From positions 176,696 to 240,695 of the forward strand of contig JAUWGS010000001.1 in the NCBI GenBank assembly GCA_030606285.1: 64,000 nt of DNA, in the 5' to 3' direction. The notes below the pieces were generated by a model that did no database searches, had not been told where the DNA came from, and saw nothing but the letters and a program-made list of their open reading frames with translations. The position numbers and the translations under genes are program-made. Numbering within the stretch: the first letter of the stretch is position 1; every line of letters starts with the position of its first letter. The stretch comes from Planctomycetales bacterium (GTDB taxonomy: Bacteria; 4484-113). Positions 48,600 through 59,606 of the stretch are shown here, piece after piece.

Positions 48600-50402
48600 A
48601 TGAGGCGCGACTTTGCTGTTATTGGCGTAATAGTCTGCCTGCTGGCTTTCTGGGCACTTGGCGCTCAGGCACAGGTGCTTTACGGCGCCAACGTTGACAG
48701 GATTGAGCTGGTCAAGGACGTGATTTCTCTTGAGCGGGAGATAGGCTTCGCTGTACCCGGTGCCAGCGGTGTTGTGACTCCGCTGCCATCGTTGCAGGTT
48801 GTGAATGTCAAGATCACCAGTAACACAGGTTACGTCTTTGAACTGCGGTATTCTCCCGCCGCGGCTGTCAACCGGACTTTCGATCTGGGTTCCCTCGACC
48901 AGCCGGCCCGGGACGCTTACCTTGATCTAGCGCGCGGTGCAGGCATTCTGGCGAATCTTATGGCGGATGATCCAGAATTCGCGCCGTTCACTGACCTGTT
49001 CCGCGTTATAGCGGAACACCGCAGCCCGATAACCGCCAGACGTGACCGCAACCTGCTAACAATTGCCCGGTACGAAGAGGATGAGCGGGAACACGCCTGC
49101 AGAATTACCGATGTGGATATGGGTGACCGCCACCTTTCTCTCAAGCAGAATCCTCTAAAGCCTGAGGAGTTCGAGATTACATGGGACGTTCTTCCTGGAA
49201 GCGCTGCGAGGGCGCGCATCGTCGAGCAGCCTATGGGCGTGGTTGCCTATGTGGAATCACCCGGCCTGCCTGCAGGCATGGATGGGGATAGCCTTCTGAG
49301 TGGACTTGCGACCTATATCAATCAGCTCCTTCCCGTGCTGACAGTCGCAAGCTACAACAACGAGAAAGTCGCCGCCATCCACGATGATTTCGCCCGTTGC
49401 GGTGCACTCGTTAGAGCTGTCAGCTTCGTTCAGCCGGAGACTTTCTCCGGGTCTGAGCGCTTGCTGTACGAGCCTGAGTCCGACTACACAGCGTTGTTGG
49501 AGCCGGCACCGGGTTATGTGGTGTATCTGCGCGAGGAGAAGGTAAGGCGGCGCATCTACTACTTCCGCACTATCAAGGCCAACGGATTCATTACGGAAGA
49601 CTCCTATCCCAACTACACGCACACGGTCATCACAGCGACACGCGAGCTTTTCGACCCGAATCCCGCCGACAAGGACAAGCTCCCAATGCCCGATTTCATC
49701 TGGGAGACAACGTATCCCCGCCTGGTCAATGAACCGCACTGGTCCGCATACTGCAGGCTCTGCGGGGGGGAGATGGACCTGACGGACCGCGACCTTTTCT
49801 ACTACCGCGAGACTGCAGGGCTATTTGACAGAGCTCTCGAAGACCAGGCCTTCCGCGACTCCATCCCCGGCGACATGATACGGTACCTGCGCAAGTTCAA
49901 CGCTATGTCCGGGCAGTTCCGCACCGAAGAGACCGTCACGCCTCTTATCTCGCTCACCTATCGCGAAGTGCAGGGACTCGCAAATGTCAGCGTCCTCAAG
50001 TACCAGGATGCGAGCTATCTGTACCAGTTGACGATGCCGCCCAAAAGGAACTATGTGAGCTTTTCGTTCAGCTTTGAGGAAGCCTTGGCACCGGAAATCT
50101 ATCGATTTTTCGTGGTGCCGACGGGTGACAGTGCACAACTCGTGGTCAGCTATCCGGTGGATCTGCCTCTCGGGCGGGTCTCACGGCGTTTCAACCGATG
50201 CGCGAGCGCGCTGGTGCGCCTGCGCGACCTGACCACTTATCTGGCGCGCCACGAGCCGATGCTCAGCGACGTACCGCCGATAATCAACGAAATCTGGCGG
50301 CAGCGTGAGCTTATCGGTCCAAAGATGTTCATCCGTCCGTCTCATTCCGGGATGTATACGGACTGGTTGACCGCTGATGTTCTGGGTTCGGGCGCGGAGT
50401 AG
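48600..50402 (+). CDS. Hypothetical secreted protein
   Basis: 600-aa ORF, AQA signal peptide, AAGGAG RBS, upstream TGCTAAGAT. Confidence 0.7.
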   Translation: MRRDFAVIGVIVCLLAFWALGAQAQVLYGANVDRIELVKDVISLEREIGFAVPGASGVVTPLPSLQVVNVKITSNTGYVFELRYSPAAAVNRTFDLGSLDQPARDAYLDLARGAGILANLMADDPEFAPFTDLFRVIAEHRSPITARRDRNLLTIARYEEDEREHACRITDVDMGDRHLSLKQNPLKPEEFEITWDVLPGSAARARIVEQPMGVVAYVESPGLPAGMDGDSLLSGLATYINQLLPVLTVASYNNEKVAAIHDDFARCGALVRAVSFVQPETFSGSERLLYEPESDYTALLEPAPGYVVYLREEKVRRRIYYFRTIKANGFITEDSYPNYTHTVITATRELFDPNPADKDKLPMPDFIWETTYPRLVNEPHWSAYCRLCGGEMDLTDRDLFYYRETAGLFDRALEDQAFRDSIPGDMIRYLRKFNAMSGQFRTEETVTPLISLTYREVQGLANVSVLKYQDASYLYQLTMPPKRNYVSFSFSFEEALAPEIYRFFVVPTGDSAQLVVSYPVDLPLGRVSRRFNRCASALVRLRDLTTYLARHEPMLSDVPPIINEIWRQRELIGPKMFIRPSHSGMYTDWLTADVLGSGAE

Positions 50403-50425
50403 GGCTAGGTCCCGCAGGGACGCGC

Positions 50426-51895
50426 TCAGTTGTCCGCGCTCAGCTTCGCCAGCGTAGCGCTACTGCGTTTGGCTATCTCACTTGCGCCCAGCAGCTCCGC
50501 CATCTCGAAGAACCCCGGACTGAACCGGTCGCCGGTGGTCGCCACGCGCAACGGCTGGATAACGTCCTTCAGTTTCAGCCCCTTATCCTTTGCATAGCCG
50601 CGCACTAATTCTTCGATATGCTCGCAGTCGAACTCAGACAGGGCTTTGAGTGCTGCAGGTATTTCCTTGAGCACCATCGCCGCACTATTGCTCCCAGCGA
50701 TAATGCCTTGCCACGCATCTTCGTTGAACTCCTCCGGTGCGCGGAAGAAGTACCACGCAAGCTCCTCGATTTCCGCGAAATGGGTCACCCGGTCCTTGAA
50801 AAGGAGCATAACCTTCGCGATGTGGTCGTCCCGCTTCGCCTTCTTCCACTCATTCGGAACGAACTCAAAGATGTGCCGCAAGTACTCCTCGTCCGTCAAG
50901 GAGCGGATATGCTTCCCATTGAACCAGAACAGCTTCTCCGTGTTGAAGGCCCCCGATGACTTGCCGATGCCATCCACCGAGAAGGCGCTAATCATTTCGT
51001 CGCGCGTAAACTCTTCTCTATCGTCCTTAGGCGCCCAGCCGATTAGCAGCAGGAAGTTCACCAGCGCTTCTGGTAGGATGCCAAGCTCACGGTAGGCGGT
51101 GACGCTCGTCGCGCCGTGCCGCTTGGACAGCCGTGCCCGGTCCATCCCGACAATTAGCGGCAGATGCGCAAACTGCGGCGGCTTCCATCCAAGCTTTTCG
51201 TATATCAGCAGTTGCTTTGGTGTGTTGGACAGGTGATCTTCGCCGCGCAACACATGCGTAATATTCATCGTGGCGTCATCAATGACGCAAGAGAAGTTAT
51301 ATACCGGCCCACCGGTAGACTTGACGATCACGATATCGCCGATTTCGTCTGTGGATACGCGGACTTCTCCCCGTATCATGTCCGTAAAGGCGATTTCCTG
51401 GCCCGGGTCAACTTTAAGCCGGAGGGGTAGGGCGGGATTCTTGGCCAGAAGCTTCAGTTGCTCCGACAGAGGGCGTTCGCGGCAGTTCTCATCGAACTTG
51501 GGTCTTTCGTCGGACGCTTCGTCTTTCGGGCAGTCGCAAACGAAAGCGTGCCCATCTTTGAGCAGCCGATCGGCGAACTTCAGATGTAGTTCCTTGCGTT
51601 CGCTCTGGAAGTAGGGGCCGAACTCGCCGCCGACTTCCGGGCCCTCGTCCCATTCCAGTCCCAGCCATCGCAAGCCGTCCAGAATGGCATTGGTGCTTTC
51701 CTCGGTGGAGCGCTCTTCATCGGTATCCTCGATGCGCAGGATGAAGCTTCCGCCGCGCGAGCGCGCCAGCAGCCAGTTGAAAAGCGCCGTCCTTGCCCCG
51801 CCGGTGTGCAGGTATCCCGTCGGCGACGGCGCAAATCGCACCCGAACGCCTGTGTTGGATGTCGTCTCGGTGCTCTCAGGAGTGATCTCAACCAT
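50426..51895 (-). CDS. gltX: Glutamate--tRNA ligase
   Basis: RFAPSPTGYLHTGG, RIEDTD, THVLRGEDH, LSKRHG; ATG at 51895. Confidence 0.95.
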   Translation of the reverse strand: MVEITPESTETTSNTGVRVRFAPSPTGYLHTGGARTALFNWLLARSRGGSFILRIEDTDEERSTEESTNAILDGLRWLGLEWDEGPEVGGEFGPYFQSERKELHLKFADRLLKDGHAFVCDCPKDEASDERPKFDENCRERPLSEQLKLLAKNPALPLRLKVDPGQEIAFTDMIRGEVRVSTDEIGDIVIVKSTGGPVYNFSCVIDDATMNITHVLRGEDHLSNTPKQLLIYEKLGWKPPQFAHLPLIVGMDRARLSKRHGATSVTAYRELGILPEALVNFLLLIGWAPKDDREEFTRDEMISAFSVDGIGKSSGAFNTEKLFWFNGKHIRSLTDEEYLRHIFEFVPNEWKKAKRDDHIAKVMLLFKDRVTHFAEIEELAWYFFRAPEEFNEDAWQGIIAGSNSAAMVLKEIPAALKALSEFDCEHIEELVRGYAKDKGLKLKDVIQPLRVATTGDRFSPGFFEMAELLGASEIAKRSSATLAKLSADN

Positions 51896-51984
51896 TGCCC
51901 ACCTATTGTAGCAGGCTAAGAAGCCTTCCGGCATACGAAGATGAGCTCGCCGCTGACCTTGGGGTAAAGATGGCTTTGGTCGCG

Positions 51985-52515
51985 CTACCTCACAGCCCAG
52001 CCAACGAATGCGATAGCAAAGATGAAGACTGAAGCGAAGTTTAGCGTTCCCCAGAGCTGCGCGTTGGCCTCTTCCATTGCGAATGTCGTGAAATCAGGCC
52101 ACTCCCAGGTCTTCCATCTGAGCTTCCTCATGCGGTAACCCCGCCAGCAGGCGTAAAGCAAGAGAAAGGGAATAAGTACCAAGAAAGCGTAGGAGAACCA
52201 CTTGAATAACGGGGATACTTCCGAGATGGGTTTACCTAGCCATGCGTCCAAGCATACGAAAACGCCTATAGGTAGCATCGCTGCAAGGCCGAAGTATCCT
52301 GATAGACCGAGGAACCGGAAATTCGCTAGGTGATGGGAAGGCCTAATGTCGTTATAGAAGCTAAAGCCTTTTACGAAAGCCTCTTGTCTCTTCGGCAACG
52401 GCGAAGGCTGCGTTTGGCGTCGGTCCAGTTCAACTAAATGCTCTAACCACATCGCGTTCACCTGCATTCGTTGACGCTTGATGATTCTATGTGCTGCACT
52501 TGTGCTGCACAGCAC
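51985..52515 (-). CDS. Hypothetical membrane protein
   Basis: Three hydrophobic segments; -10-like TGATATTAT 6 nt upstream of the GTG. Confidence 0.55.
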   Translation of the reverse strand: MLCSTSAAHRIIKRQRMQVNAMWLEHLVELDRRQTQPSPLPKRQEAFVKGFSFYNDIRPSHHLANFRFLGLSGYFGLAAMLPIGVFVCLDAWLGKPISEVSPLFKWFSYAFLVLIPFLLLYACWRGYRMRKLRWKTWEWPDFTTFAMEEANAQLWGTLNFASVFIFAIAFVGWAVR

Positions 52516-52553
52516 CTCTATATAATATCACAGACCGGCAATGCGGCTTACGG

Positions 52554-53312
52554 CTACACCTTCCCGAATCTCCGTTCGCGGCGCTGATAGTCAAGGATGG
52601 CCTCAAGCAGGTTCACACCGGTGAAATCCGGCCAGAGCGTCGGCGTGAAGTAGAGCTCGGTGTAGGCGAGCTGCCACAGCATGAAGTTGGACAAGCGCAT
52701 TTCGCCACTGGTGCGTATCAGGATGTCCGGATGAGGGATCTCAGGACGGTACATGCGCTCGGCAAGGTGGGACATCGCGATCCCTTCAGGATTCACGCGC
52801 TTGGCCAACACATCCTCAACCAGCTTCCGCACAGCCCGGGCAATCTCGTATTGCCCGCTGTACATAACGCACATATTGAGCACCAGCACATCGTTATCCG
52901 CCGTCAGCGCCACTGCCCGTTTGAACTTGTCTGCCAGCTCGTCAGGCAGCATGTCCAGCTCCCCACTGACGATAAAGCGCACTCCTTCATCGTGCAGTTT
53001 CGGCACTTCCTCATCCAGCGTCATATCGAAAAGCCTGAAGAGTTCGCTGACTTCTTCATCGGGACGCTCGATGTTTTCGGTGGAGAACGCAAACAGGCTC
53101 AGGTGCTTGAGACCTATGTCTTTGGCAGTGTCCACCGTAGAGCGGATGGCGGCAATGGCGTACCGGTGGCCTTCCGTTCGTGAAAGCCCACGCATCTGCG
53201 CCCACCGGCCATTGCCGTCCATAATGATGGCAACGTGCGCCGGCATCCGGTCAGGATGGAGTTGGGCCGTCAATTCTGCGAGTTTCGCGCTGTCGGAATC
53301 GCCGCGTTCCAT
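52554..53312 (-). CDS. uppS: Undecaprenyl/polyprenyl diphosphate synthase
   Basis: HVAIIMDGNGRWA, FSTEN, PDILIRTSGE.RLSNF, RRFG. Confidence 0.95.
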   Translation of the reverse strand: MERGDSDSAKLAELTAQLHPDRMPAHVAIIMDGNGRWAQMRGLSRTEGHRYAIAAIRSTVDTAKDIGLKHLSLFAFSTENIERPDEEVSELFRLFDMTLDEEVPKLHDEGVRFIVSGELDMLPDELADKFKRAVALTADNDVLVLNMCVMYSGQYEIARAVRKLVEDVLAKRVNPEGIAMSHLAERMYRPEIPHPDILIRTSGEMRLSNFMLWQLAYTELYFTPTLWPDFTGVNLLEAILDYQRRERRFGKV

Positions 53313-53364
53313 ATCGCGCTCAAGTATAGCAGGGGAAAGCGGAGGAAGCTGTGCAACCCGGGCT

Positions 53365-53709
53365 TCAGAACGCCAGAGTTGGGGGCGTGTAGTCCTGCAT
53401 CAATGGGTTAGTCACGTCGAGCACCGTGCAGTTGTTCTGAAAGCTCGTGATTACTCCGGCGTCAACGAGCTTCTGCAGTTCTTTGGAGAGATTCTCAATG
53501 ATGACGAAACTGCCGACCTCGCCCGCCACCTTAGCCTGCAATTCTTCTACGGTGATTGTCAGGTCCTCGACATGCCAGCCGGGCTTACCAGACAATGCTT
53601 CTTTGACTGTCGTCAACGCCTGGGCGTCTGGATCAGGTGAGCAGCTAGCTACAGAAGCTCCCAGAGAAATCAGCGCCAGGAACATAACGAGGATTGTTGT
53701 TCTTCTCAT
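53365..53709 (-). CDS. Small lipoprotein, BON-domain-like
   Basis: VASC lipobox; helix-beta-beta(G)-helix-N pattern; GAGGAG RBS. Confidence 0.5.
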   Translation of the reverse strand: MRRTTILVMFLALISLGASVASCSPDPDAQALTTVKEALSGKPGWHVEDLTITVEELQAKVAGEVGSFVIIENLSKELQKLVDAGVITSFQNNCTVLDVTNPLMQDYTPPTLAF

Positions 53710-53846
53710 AGCACTCTCCTCAGGTAATCCGCGCTTATTCTAGCACTCACACCGAAGCTCCCACATCATGGCAGCTTCAGTTCACGGATGCAGTTACAGG
53801 TGATAGAATATGCGTTCGGTAAATTCTCCAGGGGAAGGAGCCAACC

Positions 53847-54992
53847 GTGAAAATACACGAATACCAGGCAAAGGACGTCTTCGCCAAGTTCGGGATTCCG
53901 GTTCCGCCGGGTAAAATCGCGTTCACACCGGACGAAGTCGAGGATGTGGCACGCGAACTGGAGGGCAAAGTAGTTGTAAAAGCACAGGTTCACGTAGGCG
54001 GCCGCGGCAAGGCTGGCGGCATCAAGCTGGCTGACGACCCCAAAGACGCGCGCGCCAAGGCCGAACAAATCATCGGAATGGATATCAAGGGCTTGACGGT
54101 GGAGAAAGTGCTTGTCACCAAGGCGATAGATATCCGCGACGAGTACTATCTGGGAATCACTCTCGACCGCGACGCACGTATGCTCGTGCTCATTTTATCT
54201 GCTGCAGGCGGTATTGATATCGAGGAAGTGGCGCGCGAAACCCCTGAGAAGATTGCCAAAGTGCATATCGATCCTCTTATCGGCATTCAGGATTACCAGA
54301 TTACGCAGGCCATCTTCGGTAGTGGCGTGGACACGACCAAATCCAGGGAAATCCGCTCAATCGTGCGCAAGCTCTACAACTGCTATCTGGAGATTGATGG
54401 CAGCCTGGCGGAAATCAACCCGCTTGTGGTAACCACAGATGGCGAAGTCATAGCGCTGGATGCCAAGATAAACATCGATGATAACGCACTTTTCCGCCAG
54501 CCTGACCTGGAGAAGCTGATGGAAGTGGGCGCTGACATGGACGCGATAGAAGCGGAAGCCCGGCACAAGGGGATCGCCTACGTCCATCTTTCCGACGGCA
54601 ATGTTGGCGTGATGGGCAATGGTGCGGGTCTCGTAATGACGACAATGGATGTCGTCTCCCGAGCCGGCGGAAAGCCCAACAACTTCCTGGACATTGGTGG
54701 TGCTGCAACTGCGGAGGTTGTGGAAGACGCTTTTCATCTGATACTCCTGGATCCTAATGTGAATGGCATATTCCTCAATGTCTTCGGCGGCATTGTGCGA
54801 TGCGATGTTGTAGCTGAAGGAATGATAAAGGCCTACCAGAAGCTACCGCGCAAAGTGCCCGTTGTGCTCCGAATGACGGGCACGAATGAGAACATTGCGC
54901 GCAAGATGCTTGAGGATACGCCGCTGGTCTACGAATCGACAACCGAGGCCGGCGCTGCGAAAATCGTTGAAATGCTGGGAGGGCAATCCTGA
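53847..54992 (+). CDS. sucC: Succinyl-CoA (ADP-forming acyl-CoA) synthetase beta subunit
   Basis: [39 protein letters not shown]. Confidence 0.93.
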   Translation: MKIHEYQAKDVFAKFGIPVPPGKIAFTPDEVEDVARELEGKVVVKAQVHVGGRGKAGGIKLADDPKDARAKAEQIIGMDIKGLTVEKVLVTKAIDIRDEYYLGITLDRDARMLVLILSAAGGIDIEEVARETPEKIAKVHIDPLIGIQDYQITQAIFGSGVDTTKSREIRSIVRKLYNCYLEIDGSLAEINPLVVTTDGEVIALDAKINIDDNALFRQPDLEKLMEVGADMDAIEAEARHKGIAYVHLSDGNVGVMGNGAGLVMTTMDVVSRAGGKPNNFLDIGGAATAEVVEDAFHLILLDPNVNGIFLNVFGGIVRCDVVAEGMIKAYQKLPRKVPVVLRMTGTNENIARKMLEDTPLVYESTTEAGAAKIVEMLGGQS

Positions 54993-55879
54993 TGGCTATT
55001 CTTGCAGATAAAAGCTCGCGGGTGCTCGTTCAAGGGATTACCGGTGGAGAGGGCACTTTCCACACGCCCCGGATGATTGAGTTCGGCACCAACGTGGTGG
55101 CCGGCGTCACGCCCGGAAAAGGCGGAACCACCTGGAAACCTGAAGGTATAGCCGCAAGCGTGCCCATTTTCGATACTGTGGACGATGCGGTTGAGGAGAC
55201 GGGCGCAGATGCCAGCGTTATCTTCGTTCCCAAGCGATTCGCTCCCGATGCGGTAATGGAAGCCGCCGATAGCGGTATCGAGGTCATTATTGCGATTAGC
55301 GACGGGATACCGATTAACGATATGGTGAAGGTCTACTCGTTCATGGAACAGACGATGACTACGCTCATCGGCCCCAACTGCCCGGGGCTTGTCAGCGTTG
55401 GCGAATGCAAGCTGGGCATAATGCCCAACCACATATTTAAGCCGGGACCGCTGGGAGTTATTTCGCGCAGCGGTACGCTGACATACGAAGTGGTCAATCA
55501 GCTCTCAGAAGGTGGCCTGGGACAGACGACGTGCATTGGAGTGGGCGGCGACCCGGTAATCGGCACAAGCTTCCTCGAGCTTCTGATGGAGTTTGAGCAG
55601 GACCCGGCTACCGAATGCGTGGTGATAGTGGGAGAGATCGGTGGCAGTGATGAGGAAGACGCAGCCGAGTTCATCCCGGAAATGTCCAAGCCGGTGGTGG
55701 CCTTCATCAGCGGCCGAACCGCTCCGCCGGGCAAGCGAATGGGGCACGCCGGCGCCATCGTCAGCGGCGGGAAAGGTACTGCGGAAAGCAAGATAAAGGC
55801 GTTCGAAGCCGCGAACACGCCGGTTGCGGACACGGTGCCGGATATTGTGCGTCTGTGCAAGGAGAGCCTGGGCAAGTAA
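54992..55879 (+). CDS. sucD: Succinyl-CoA synthetase alpha subunit
   Basis: [34 protein letters not shown]. Confidence 0.93.
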   Translation: MAILADKSSRVLVQGITGGEGTFHTPRMIEFGTNVVAGVTPGKGGTTWKPEGIAASVPIFDTVDDAVEETGADASVIFVPKRFAPDAVMEAADSGIEVIIAISDGIPINDMVKVYSFMEQTMTTLIGPNCPGLVSVGECKLGIMPNHIFKPGPLGVISRSGTLTYEVVNQLSEGGLGQTTCIGVGGDPVIGTSFLELLMEFEQDPATECVVIVGEIGGSDEEDAAEFIPEMSKPVVAFISGRTAPPGKRMGHAGAIVSGGKGTAESKIKAFEAANTPVADTVPDIVRLCKESLGK

Positions 55880-56027
55880 GGGGGTAGGGGACTATATGCT
55901 TATGGCGTCTCAGTAAGGGCTTGACCCGAGAGGGTCATGCTCAACAACCTGATTGACTTAATACCCCAAACGGGTAGAGTGAATCCGTTCCTTAAACACA
56001 CCCCTTCAGGGCAAGGTGTGTTCAATC

Positions 56028-57836
56028 ATGTGGTGGCATCTTGACGAAACAGAGGAGTACGTTCGACGTCAGTCGGTTAGGGAACTGATCCGGAAGATCA
56101 TCCCCCTGTTCCGCCCGCACGCGCGTTATCTCATTCTTGCCATTGGTCTTCTCCTTCTTATCACTGCGAGCCAGCTTGTAGGACCGCTGGTGCTGCAGCA
56201 CATCATTGACGTCAATATCCCCGCAAACGACGTCCGCGGACTGCTTTTAGCAGCGGGATTCTATGTCGCTGTGGCTACAAGCGGGGCTGCTGTCGGCTAC
56301 ATCCAGGCGATTACGCTGTTCAAACTGGGAATCAACATCGTGACCGACCTTAAGTCGCGGCTCTTCAATCACGTTCTGCATCTGGGGCTCGACTTCCACG
56401 AGCAGTATTCGCCGGGCAAGCTCATCAGCCGCGTGGAAAGCGATGCCGAGACTCTCAAGGATCTCTTCAGTGATGTCGCGGTGAATCTCTTGCGGAATTT
56501 GATGCTCTTCATCGGCATCCTCACAGTCCTGTGCATCAAGAGCTTCGCCATCGCAGCCTTTGTGCTGTTGCTCTTGCCCTTCTTGTTCGGTGCGACCTTC
56601 CTGTTCCTCGCCTACATGAGGAAGTACTGGCGTGAATGGCGCGCCCAGTGGGCTGTGGTAACCGGCTACGTGACTGAATACGTCCAGGGCGTCGACATAA
56701 TCCAGCAGTTTAACTACGAAGACAACGCGCGCCGCCGGATGCATGAAGTGAACCTCGGCAAGTACCGCGTGGAAGTCCCGGCAATGTTCTTCGAATACTC
56801 GTTCTGGGCAGCCTTCCTGTACGGCGAGATTATCGCAGTAATCATCGTGCTGGTAATAGGTGTTCGTGGTGTTTTCGCCGGCACAGTCACCCTCGGCATA
56901 CTGGTGCTCTTCATCGAGTACATCCGTCAGATGTTCTGGCCGATAATGCAACTCAGCGAGCAGTTGAACTTCATTCAGCGTTCACTCGTGTCGGTTGAGC
57001 GGATCTTTGGTATCCTGGAGACAGAACCATCAGTGCAGGACGGAACGTGCTCATCCGACGAGGTTCGCTTTAACAACGAGATAGCGCTGGAAAACGTCTG
57101 GTTCGCATACGAAAGGGAGGAATGGGTACTCCGGGATGTAAGCCTGACCATAAAGAAGGGTCAGAAGATAGCTCTCGTTGGCATTTCGGGCGGCGGCAAG
57201 AGCACGATTGTCAACCTGCTACTACGCTTCTATGATCCGCAGAAGGGGCGTATCACCGTTGACGGCCGCGATATTCGGGACTTCCCGGTCAAGGCTTGGC
57301 GCAAGCTCATCGGCTTAGTTCTTCAGGACGTGTTTCTCTTCCCCGGAAACGTTTCCGACAACCTCAGGGTTTTTGATTCCGAAGTACCGCTGGAACGTGT
57401 GAAAAGCGCGTCAGCCATTGCGCATGCCAACACTATCATCGAGCATTTACCGGGACAGTACGAGGGAGAATTGGCCGAACGTGGCTCCAACCTATCAGTG
57501 GGCGAACGCCAGCTTCTCAGCTTCGCCCGGGCGCTGGTTTACGATCCTCCTCTGCTGGTCCTGGACGAGGCCACAAGCTCAGTTGACCCTCACACCGAAC
57601 GTCTGGTGCAAGAGGGACTTGACCGCTTGCTGGAAGGGCGAACCGCGGTTATCGTTGCCCACCGCTTGAGCACTGTGCTCAATGCGGACCGCATACTGCT
57701 GATTCACGATGGTGTTGTTGCTGAAAGCGGAACACACGAGGAGCTTCTCGCGTTTAACGGGCTCTACGCGAAGCTGTTTCGGCTCCAGTTCGCCGGCCTG
57801 GATGCCAGCCAGACCGAGGGTGGAGGTAAGCAGTGA
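56028..57836 (+). CDS. ABC exporter (TMD+NBD), subunit with intact catalytic glutamate
   Basis: Six TM helices, GISGGGKS, LSVGERQ, LDEAT, AHR. Confidence 0.9.
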   Translation: MWWHLDETEEYVRRQSVRELIRKIIPLFRPHARYLILAIGLLLLITASQLVGPLVLQHIIDVNIPANDVRGLLLAAGFYVAVATSGAAVGYIQAITLFKLGINIVTDLKSRLFNHVLHLGLDFHEQYSPGKLISRVESDAETLKDLFSDVAVNLLRNLMLFIGILTVLCIKSFAIAAFVLLLLPFLFGATFLFLAYMRKYWREWRAQWAVVTGYVTEYVQGVDIIQQFNYEDNARRRMHEVNLGKYRVEVPAMFFEYSFWAAFLYGEIIAVIIVLVIGVRGVFAGTVTLGILVLFIEYIRQMFWPIMQLSEQLNFIQRSLVSVERIFGILETEPSVQDGTCSSDEVRFNNEIALENVWFAYEREEWVLRDVSLTIKKGQKIALVGISGGGKSTIVNLLLRFYDPQKGRITVDGRDIRDFPVKAWRKLIGLVLQDVFLFPGNVSDNLRVFDSEVPLERVKSASAIAHANTIIEHLPGQYEGELAERGSNLSVGERQLLSFARALVYDPPLLVLDEATSSVDPHTERLVQEGLDRLLEGRTAVIVAHRLSTVLNADRILLIHDGVVAESGTHEELLAFNGLYAKLFRLQFAGLDASQTEGGGKQ

Positions 57837-59602
57837 AACACCTCCGCTGGATATGGAGCTTCTGGACCCCGCATCGTGCCTGGCTGACCGTGCTCGTGTT
57901 TCTCACGCTGCTTTCCAGTGCGGTCACTATCGGGTATCCCCTCGTATTCAGGTACCTTATCGACGCAATCAACAAGGGCCTGAGTGCTGCCGTGCCGGAG
58001 ATAGCCGGCACCACTACATGGAGTCTCGTTGGCATCATAGCCGCCATTGGCCTCGCCCGCTCGCTCGCATACCTGTATCCGGGGTTCCGCGCAATGCTGA
58101 ACGCCAAGTTGGAGATGGATATCCGCGAGCACTATTTCGCCACCATCATCAGCAAGGGACATCGGTTCTTCCAGAAGTTCCGTACGGGCGACCTCGTGAC
58201 CCGCCTGACGGATGACATCGGCGGTTTCCCCAAGATCGCGTGGTTTTCCTGCTCCGGGATCTTCCGCGCAGTCGAGTCCAGCAGCAAGTTCATCTTCTGC
58301 ATGACGTTTATGCTATGGATGAACTGGAAGCTTGCACTGCTGAGCATCGCTCCGCTGCCGATAATGCTCTACATCTTCTATCATGTGCGATCGGCGCTTG
58401 GTCAGCGCGCTGCAGACCGTCAGAAGATAATCTCCAAGACCAACGATGCGCTCGAAGCTGCGTTCAGTGGTGTGCGGATCCTTAAAGCCTTCCGTGGAGA
58501 GGACAACCAGTCACGCGAATTCCACAACATTCTTAAGAAGCGCATAAATGTCGAACTCGGTGTCATCCGCCTGTGGATGGGAGTGTGGAACCTCTATTGG
58601 GGCATTGAGTTCGTAGGTCAGATAATCGTCATAATGGCCGGCGGAGTGATGGTAATCCGCGGGACGCTAAGCCTCGGTGAGTTCTACGCGTTTTACGTGT
58701 ACCTCTCGCTGCTCCTGCAGCCGCTAATGGACATACCGCATCTGTTCGTGACCAGCCGTCAGGCCTTCGCCAGCATCGACCGGGAGATTGAGCTTGACGA
58801 GACTCCCGGAGGTACAGAAGGCGTATACACTGGAACTGCACCTGTTGGCGCAGTCGAATCGGTTAGCCTTAGCGGCGTAAGCTTCCGCTATGAAAAAGAC
58901 TTGCCGATGTCGCTCGAAGACATATCGCTAACGCTACGCAAAGGAGAGCGTGCCGCCATTGTCGGAGCGGTGGGGAGCGGCAAGTCAACGCTGGTAAAGC
59001 TTGTTGCTGGGCAGCTTCCGCCAAGCGAGGGTCAGGTTATGGTAAATGGAAGACCTCTTAAGGATTACGATATTGACGACTATCGCGGGAGGGTCGGCTA
59101 TATCCCGCAAGAGGCCACGCTCTTCTCCGAAAGCGTGCGAGAAAACGTGCGCTTCGGACGGGATCTGGCGGACGAAGCAGTTGATGAATCCCTTGGGTTT
59201 TCGCAGGTGAAAGAAGAAATGGAGGCTCTCCCTGATGGGGTCAATCAGGTTCTGGGGCAGAAGGGCCTTACAGTCTCCGGCGGACAGAAGCAACGCCTGG
59301 CCATCGCACGTGCCCTGGCAGGGAAGCCTGACCTCCTGTTGATGGACGACTGCACAGCCAGCCTGGACGCGGAAAACGAGCGGGCGTTCTGGGCTATGCT
59401 CGCCGAACGGTTCCCCGATGCCGCCTGCCTGATTGTCAGTCATCGACTGGCGACGGCGCGACAAGCTGATACGGTGTACGTGCTGGCAGAAGGCCGCATT
59501 GTGGGAAAGGGAACACACTCTGAACTGCTGGTAAGCTGCGAAGAGTACAGAAGTTTCCTCACCCGTGAAGAGCTCAAGGCGGCATTGGCGACGACGCGCT
59601 AG
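57833..59602 (+). CDS. ABC exporter (TMD+NBD), subunit with degenerate Walker B
   Basis: GAVGSGKS, VSGGQKQR, MDDC (E to D); GTGA overlap with its partner. Confidence 0.9.
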   Translation: MKHLRWIWSFWTPHRAWLTVLVFLTLLSSAVTIGYPLVFRYLIDAINKGLSAAVPEIAGTTTWSLVGIIAAIGLARSLAYLYPGFRAMLNAKLEMDIREHYFATIISKGHRFFQKFRTGDLVTRLTDDIGGFPKIAWFSCSGIFRAVESSSKFIFCMTFMLWMNWKLALLSIAPLPIMLYIFYHVRSALGQRAADRQKIISKTNDALEAAFSGVRILKAFRGEDNQSREFHNILKKRINVELGVIRLWMGVWNLYWGIEFVGQIIVIMAGGVMVIRGTLSLGEFYAFYVYLSLLLQPLMDIPHLFVTSRQAFASIDREIELDETPGGTEGVYTGTAPVGAVESVSLSGVSFRYEKDLPMSLEDISLTLRKGERAAIVGAVGSGKSTLVKLVAGQLPPSEGQVMVNGRPLKDYDIDDYRGRVGYIPQEATLFSESVRENVRFGRDLADEAVDESLGFSQVKEEMEALPDGVNQVLGQKGLTVSGGQKQRLAIARALAGKPDLLLMDDCTASLDAENERAFWAMLAERFPDAACLIVSHRLATARQADTVYVLAEGRIVGKGTHSELLVSCEEYRSFLTREELKAALATTR

Positions 59603-59606
59603 TCTC

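Noticed and set aside
52753..53640. Long antisense/shadow ORFs (e.g. 52753-53640 +, 56247-56951 -, 29909-30571 +)
   Set aside because: They overlap well-supported genes on the opposite strand, as expected in GC-rich DNA
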